This document shows positions 27,616-32,000 of a stretch of 32,000 nt of DNA, in pieces (within the stretch, counting starts at the first letter, position 1; each line of letters opens with the position of its first letter). The position numbers were made by a program, and so were the translations under genes. The stretch comes from Mycolicibacterium smegmatis (GTDB lineage Bacteria > Actinomycetota > Actinomycetes > Mycobacteriales > Mycobacteriaceae). The stretch lies in NCBI RefSeq assembly GCF_001457595.1, contig NZ_LN831039.1, forward strand, positions 1,590,001 through 1,622,000, in the 5' to 3' direction. The notes beneath the pieces are model-generated. The model was not told where the DNA came from. It was given only the letters and a program-made list of their open reading frames with translations, and did not search any database.

Positions 27616-28137
27616 ATGGACGAAACCCGGGAAGAGACTGTGGCCGTGTACGACGCCGACGGCGATGTGGTTGGCGCAGCGCCACGTTCGCGTGTGTACG
27701 CCGAAGGGCTGTGGCACGCGAGCGCCGGTGTGCTGGTGCGTTCGACCGACGGCAACCGGATCTACGTGCACCGTCGCTCGGACACCAAGGCCGTGTTTGC
27801 CGGCATGCACGACTGCCTGGCCGGGGGAGTGCTCGACCCGGGGGAGGCACCGCTGCAGGCCGCCACGCGAGAACTGCACGAAGAACTGGGCATCACCGGG
27901 CTGATCCCGACGCCGCTGGCGTCGGCGTCGTGGGACGGTGAATGGGCGGGACGCCCCATGCGGTGTCACCTGTTCGCGTTCGGTGTCAGCTACGACGGGC
28001 CGATCCGGCACCAGGCTGAGGAGATCGTCGACGGGTGGTGGTGGACCGACGGCGAGCTCGCGCAGCGGCTCGCCGACCCGGATTGGCTGTTCGTTCCCGA
28101 CACGCGCGTGCTGATCCCGAAACTGTTACGGCGCTGA
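27616..28137 (+). CDS. NUDIX hydrolase
   Basis: The NUDIX box is GGVLDPGEAPLQAATRELHEELGI (GX5EX7REUXEEXGU). ATG 27616 lies behind AGGAGG at 27605..27610. The track start at 27583 lies inside the terminator. Confidence 0.85.
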   Translation: MDETREETVAVYDADGDVVGAAPRSRVYAEGLWHASAGVLVRSTDGNRIYVHRRSDTKAVFAGMHDCLAGGVLDPGEAPLQAATRELHEELGITGLIPTPLASASWDGEWAGRPMRCHLFAFGVSYDGPIRHQAEEIVDGWWWTDGELAQRLADPDWLFVPDTRVLIPKLLRR

Positions 28138-28155
28138 GCATCTCGCCCTTCGAAG

Positions 28156-28557
28156 CTAGCCGCGCACCTTCGCGAGCTGTTCGGTGAGCTCACGCGCATA
28201 CGCGAGGTGACGCGTGAGACGGTCACAGGCTTCCTGCGCGCGGGTATGGCAGTCGGAGACCACCTCGGCGGCCGTGGCACGTTCGGTCGCGGTGGCGGCC
28301 GGTTTGTCGAGGACGGCAAGGGCGTCGAGCAACCGGCCCATCTCGTCGAGTGTGAAACCCAGCGGTTTCATGCGCCGGATCGCCATGAGGCGCCGGACGT
28401 CGTCGGTGGTGTACAGGCGGAAGCCGCCGGCCGAACGCGCCGAGGGCACCACCAGACCCACCTCGTCGTAGTGACGGATCGTCTTGACGGACAGCTCGGT
28501 TCGCGCGGCGACCTCGCCGATCTGCAGGAGATCCTGATCGGTGCCGGGGACGGTCAT
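28156..28557 (-). CDS. MerR family transcriptional regulator
   Basis: LLQIGEVAARTELSVKTIRHYDEVGLVVPSARSAGGFRLYTTDDVRRL is a MerR wHTH, followed by a coiled-coil. Confidence 0.9.
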   Translation of the reverse strand: MTVPGTDQDLLQIGEVAARTELSVKTIRHYDEVGLVVPSARSAGGFRLYTTDDVRRLMAIRRMKPLGFTLDEMGRLLDALAVLDKPAATATERATAAEVVSDCHTRAQEACDRLTRHLAYARELTEQLAKVRG

Positions 28558-30056
28558 CAGTGTGCGCCGGTGAGCTGACCGCTGAGCCGGGCATGGCGCT
28601 GCGCGCTGTTGTCGTTCATGCCGATGATGCGCACCGTCTTGCCTTTCGCGGCGTACTTGGTGGTGATGGCGTCGAGTGTCGCCACGGTCGAGGCGTCCCA
28701 GATGTGTGCCTGGCTCATGTCGATGACGATGTTGTCCGGATCGCCGACGTAGTCGAACTGGTAGACCAGATCATTGCTCGACGCGAAGAACAACTCGCCG
28801 CGCACGGCGTACACACGGGTGTCGGGGTCTGGCTGACCCACAGTCGTCACCTCGGTCAGGTGGGCGACCCGGCGCGCGAACAGCACCATGGCCGTCAGGG
28901 TGCCCACGGCCACGCCGTAGGCGAGGTTGCCGGTAGCGACGGTGACCGCGACGGTCGCGAGCATGACGGTGGTCTCGCTCTTGGGCATGCGCCGCAACGT
29001 CTTCGGATTGATGCTGTGCCAGTCGAAGGTGCCCACCGACACCATCACCATCACGGCCACCAGTGCCGCCATGGGAATCCGGCCGACGATGTCGCCCAGG
29101 CCCACCACGAGGCCGAGCAGAAACGTGCCCGCCAAGAACGTCGAGATGCGGGTGCGCGCCCCACATGCCTTGACGTTGATCATGGTCTGGCCGATCATCG
29201 CGCAGCCGCCCATGCCGCCGAAGAATCCGGTGACGATGTTCGCCGCGCCCTGACCGAGCGCCTCACGCGACTTGTTCGAGTGGGTGTCGGTGATGTCGTC
29301 GACGAGCTTGGCGGTCATCAGCGATTCCAGCAGGCCGACGACGGCCATCGTCAGCGCGTACGGCGCGATGATCTTGAGGGTGTCCAGGTTGAGCGGGACG
29401 TTCGGGATCAGCAGCGACGGCAGGCTCGACGGCAGCTTGCCCTCATCGGCGACGTCGGGAACCGACCAGCCGAATCCGATGGTGGCGGCGGTGAGCAGGA
29501 CGATCGCGACCAGCGGGCCCGGCACGGCTGCGGTGAGTTTGGGCAGCGCCACGATGATCACCAGGGCCACCGCGACCATCGGGTACACCAGCCACGGCAC
29601 TCCCAACAGATGCGGGATCTGCGCCAGGAAGATGAGGATCGCCAGTGCGTTGACGAACCCGACCATGACGCTGCGTGGGACGAACCGCATGAGGCGTGCG
29701 ACGCCGAGTCCGCCGAGCACGAGTTGCAGCACACCGGCCAGGATGACCGTCGCGATGAGGTAATCGAGTCCGTGGCTGCGCACCAGCGGGGCCACCACGA
29801 GGGCCACGGCGCCTGTCGCCGCGGAGATCATGGCGGGCCGCCCACCGACGATCGCGATGGTGACCGCCATGGTGAACGACGCGAACAGACCCACCCGTGG
29901 ATCGACACCCGCGATGATCGAGAACGAGATCGCTTCGGGGATCAGAGCCAAGGCCACCACCAGGCCGGCCAGCACCTCGGTGCGGAGCCGGCGCGGCGAG
30001 CGCAGCGCGGCCCATACCGACTGTTCTTCGCGCGGCGTGATCGTTGCAGAGGTCAC
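28557..30056 (-). CDS. SulP family anion (sulfate/bicarbonate) transporter with a C-terminal STAS domain
   Basis: This is the C-terminal 499 codons of track ORF 28557..30152. LAGLVVALALIPEAISFSIIAGV is the SulP TM1-2 signature, and a STAS-like tail follows (VYAVRGELFFASSNDL...). The start is set at GTG 30056, 6 nt after GGAG. The stop overlaps the MerR ATG as ATGA. Confidence 0.85.
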   Translation of the reverse strand: MTSATITPREEQSVWAALRSPRRLRTEVLAGLVVALALIPEAISFSIIAGVDPRVGLFASFTMAVTIAIVGGRPAMISAATGAVALVVAPLVRSHGLDYLIATVILAGVLQLVLGGLGVARLMRFVPRSVMVGFVNALAILIFLAQIPHLLGVPWLVYPMVAVALVIIVALPKLTAAVPGPLVAIVLLTAATIGFGWSVPDVADEGKLPSSLPSLLIPNVPLNLDTLKIIAPYALTMAVVGLLESLMTAKLVDDITDTHSNKSREALGQGAANIVTGFFGGMGGCAMIGQTMINVKACGARTRISTFLAGTFLLGLVVGLGDIVGRIPMAALVAVMVMVSVGTFDWHSINPKTLRRMPKSETTVMLATVAVTVATGNLAYGVAVGTLTAMVLFARRVAHLTEVTTVGQPDPDTRVYAVRGELFFASSNDLVYQFDYVGDPDNIVIDMSQAHIWDASTVATLDAITTKYAAKGKTVRIIGMNDNSAQRHARLSGQLTGAH

Positions 30057-30226
30057 CAAAACTCCGTTCGTACGAAAGGTATTGCCGCAACGAAGAATTG
30101 GCCGTATCAATGAGCGACGATGCTCGCCGGCACCGTGCGTTCGGCAGCGCATCGAACTCTACCCCTGGGGGAGGGTTGCGCGCCAAATTGTCGGGTACCG
30201 GTGTGCCCGAGCACACAGCGCGCCGC

Positions 30227-30282
30227 GATTTCTGCACCAGGGTCGTGGATCATCGGGTGAGCACAACCCTGGTGCAGAAATC
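30227..30282 (-). terminator. hairpin terminator (perfect 17-bp inverted repeat, 22-nt loop) downstream of the fasciclin gene
   Basis: GATTTCTGCACCAGGGT (30227..30243) pairs with ACCCTGGTGCAGAAATC (30266..30282). It begins 11 nt after the minus-strand TAG at 30294..30296. Confidence 0.55.
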
Positions 30283-30293
30283 GGCGGTTGGCG

Positions 30294-30896
30294 CTATGCC
30301 GGGGGCATCAGGACCGTGTCGACGAGATACACCGTGACGTTGGCCGTGCGCACACCACCGCACACCACGCATGCGTCGTTGACCTTGAGATCCTCACCCG
30401 ATCCGGTCACCTGCACCGTGGCGCCCGCGACGGTCTGGTTGGTCACCGATCACGTCAGTTGGTGCGGCCTGGACCGGAACCACGTGGTAGGTAAGGATTT
30501 TCGTCAACGTGGCGGAGTCGGTCTTGAGCGACTCGATGGTGGCCGGGTCGATCTTGGCAAACGCGTCGTCGGTGGGCGCGAACACCGTGAACTCACCGCT
30601 GTCGAGCGTCTCGACGAGGTTCACCTGCGGATTCAGCTTGCCTGACAACGCCGAGGTCAATGTGGTGAGAAGCGGGTTGTTTGCGGCCGCCACCGTGACC
30701 GGGTCCTGAGCCATGCCTGCATCCGATCCCGGGCCCGTGGGCACCTGCTCGGCATATCCCGCGCAGCCCGTCCGACCAGGTCAGCGGCGACAGGAACACT
30801 GTTGGACATCGGCGTCGCGGCACTCGAACATGTGGACGGCCCGAGCACCGCCGCCGCCAGGCCTGCCACGACCGTGTACTGATTGCGCGTGACCAC
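30294..30896 (-). pseudogene. MPT83/MPT70-like fasciclin (FAS1) domain lipoprotein gene, interrupted by two single-nucleotide frameshifts
   Basis: Homology by eye to MPT83/MPT70 runs through three frame segments. The first is (V)VTRNQYTVVAGLAAAVLGPSTCSSAATP...VAADLVGR. The second is [73 protein letters not shown]...[18 protein letters not shown], which is track ORF 30394..30744. The third is [49 protein letters not shown]. The shifts lie near 30767..30769 and 30441..30447. Confidence 0.7.
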
Positions 30897-31146
30897 TGCC
30901 TTGTGTCGCCGACGGCGGTCGCCGTGCTCTATCGGGCATTCGGAGTGGACGCTGTGCTGGATGGGTCGGATCGGAAAGTTCTTCGCAAACAGGTGACCGG
31001 TGTGTGTCGACCGCCGCTGGCCACCCCGCCGATGCGCGCGACATGGGCTTTCACTGTCGTCAGTTTCCCCGCAGCAACGCCCTCGCCGGTGTAGTCTCCG
31101 GGCGGATCTCCTTTGCGGAGACGGCACTTCGACGAGGATGAGGGCG

Positions 31147-32000
31147 ATGGCTGCGGAGTTCAACGGCAAGATCGAACTGGACATCAGGGATTCTGAGCCG
31201 GACTGGGGTCCGTTCGCGGCGCCGACCGCCGCCGAGGGTGCGCCGAACGTGCTGTATGTCGTGTGGGACGACATCGGCATCGCCACCTGGGACTGCTTCG
31301 GCGGTCTGGTCGAGATGCCTGCGATGAGCCGCATCGCCGAACACGGCGTGCGTCTGTCGCAGTTCCACACCACCGCGCTGTGCTCTCCGACGCGGGCCGC
31401 CCTGCTCACCGGCCGCAACCCCACCACGGTCGGCATGGCGACCATCGAGGAGTTCACCGACGGGTTCCCGAACTGCAGCGGACGTATCCCGTTCGAGACC
31501 GCACTGCTTCCCGAGGTGCTCGCCGAGAACGGCTACAACACCTACTGCATCGGCAAGTGGCACCTGACGCCTCTGGAGGAGTCCAATCTCGCGTCCACCA
31601 AACGCCACTGGCCGTGCTCGCGTGGCTTCGAACGGTTCTACGGATTCATGGGTGGCGAGACGGATCAGTGGTACCCCGACCTGACCTACGACAACCACCC
31701 CGTCGACCCGCCCGCGACGCCCGAAGAGGGCTACCACCTGTCAAAAGATCTGGCGGACAAGACCATCGAGTTCATCCGCGACGCAAAGGTGGTGGCGTCC
31801 GACAAGCCGTGGTTCACCTACCTGTGCCCGGGTGCGGGACACGCGCCGCACCACGTGTTCAAGGAATGGGCCGACCGCTACAAGGGCCGCTTCGACATGG
31901 GCTACGAGCGCTACCGCGAGATCGTCCTGGAGAACCAGAAGCGGATGGGACTGGTGCCGCCCGACACCGAACTGTCGCCGGTGAACCCCTACTCCGAGGT
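31147..32000 (+). CDS. atsA: arylsulfatase (5' part; continues beyond the window end)
   Basis: Not in the ORF track because it is open-ended. Hand translation gives MAAEFNGKIELDIRDSEPDWGPFAAP...NVLYVVWDDIGIATWDCFGG...SQFHTTALCSPTRAALLTGRN, which includes the sulfatase C-x-P-x-R formylglycine motif. It closely resembles Rv0711 from memory. An in-frame ATG at 31138 is an alternative start. Confidence 0.9.
   Translation, partial: MAAEFNGKIELDIRDSEPDWGPFAAPTAAEGAPNVLYVVWDDIGIATWDCFGGLVEMPAMSRIAEHGVRLSQFHTTALCSPTRAALLTGRNPTTVGMATIEEFTDGFPNCSGRIPFETALLPEVLAENGYNTYCIGKWHLTPLEESNLASTKRHWPCSRGFERFYGFMGGETDQWYPDLTYDNHPVDPPATPEEGYHLSKDLADKTIEFIRDAKVVASDKPWFTYLCPGAGHAPHHVFKEWADRYKGRFDMGYERYREIVLENQKRMGLVPPDTELSPVNPYSE

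Noticed and set aside
30441-30769. Programmed ribosomal frameshifting as the explanation for the fasciclin frame changes.
   Set aside because: It would need two independent events of opposite sign, -1 and +1. I saw no slippery heptamer or downstream pseudoknot-like structure at either site. Mutation or sequencing error at short runs is far more likely.
30657-31457. A 266-aa minus-strand ORF overlapping the atsA 5' end.
   Set aside because: Most of it is antisense to the strongly supported atsA gene. Only its last ~45 codons (from about 30896) match the signal-peptide part of the frameshifted fasciclin gene.

Overview
This is a high-GC actinobacterial chromosome segment. Gene content and order follow the mycobacterial Rv0688-Rv0711 backbone, and it looks like a fast-growing Mycolicibacterium (M. 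smegmatis-like). The organism call is inference from memory.

Left to right:
1. A minus-strand arginine/ornithine catabolic operon (amidinotransferase-fold protein, rocD, amino-acid permease) with a divergent Lrp/AsnC regulator.
2. A ferredoxin-reductase-type flavoprotein.
3. An ECF sigma factor translationally coupled to a three-domain VOC/glyoxalase protein.
4. A PhyH-type dioxygenase.
5. The complete mycofactocin locus mftR / mftA-B-C-D-E-F-G. mftA is a 31-codon gene missing from the ORF track.
6. An accessory block: MFS pump plus TetR, two tandem CYP108-like P450 paralogues, a lipoprotein carboxylesterase, a SnoaL-like protein and a DUF4442 hotdog protein.
7. The S10 ribosomal-protein operon rpsJ-rplC-rplD-rplW-rplB-rpsS-rplV-rpsC-rplP-rpmC-rpsQ with a terminator.
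8. A second accessory block: a NUDIX hydrolase, a SulP-MerR operon, and an MPT83/MPT70-like fasciclin gene broken by two compensating frameshifts.
9. The 5' part of arylsulfatase atsA.

No rRNA, tRNA, CRISPR, transposase or phage genes were seen. Many long ORFs in the track are antisense artefacts of high GC.

I did not find a convincing wholly new multi-gene system. The best leads are the ECF-sigma/triple-VOC pair, the duplicated P450 module with a conserved palindromic 5' element, the doubly frameshifted fasciclin gene, the odd non-coding spacer inside the mft operon, and the long rpsJ leader. All family calls rest on motif recognition by eye, and no searches were run.
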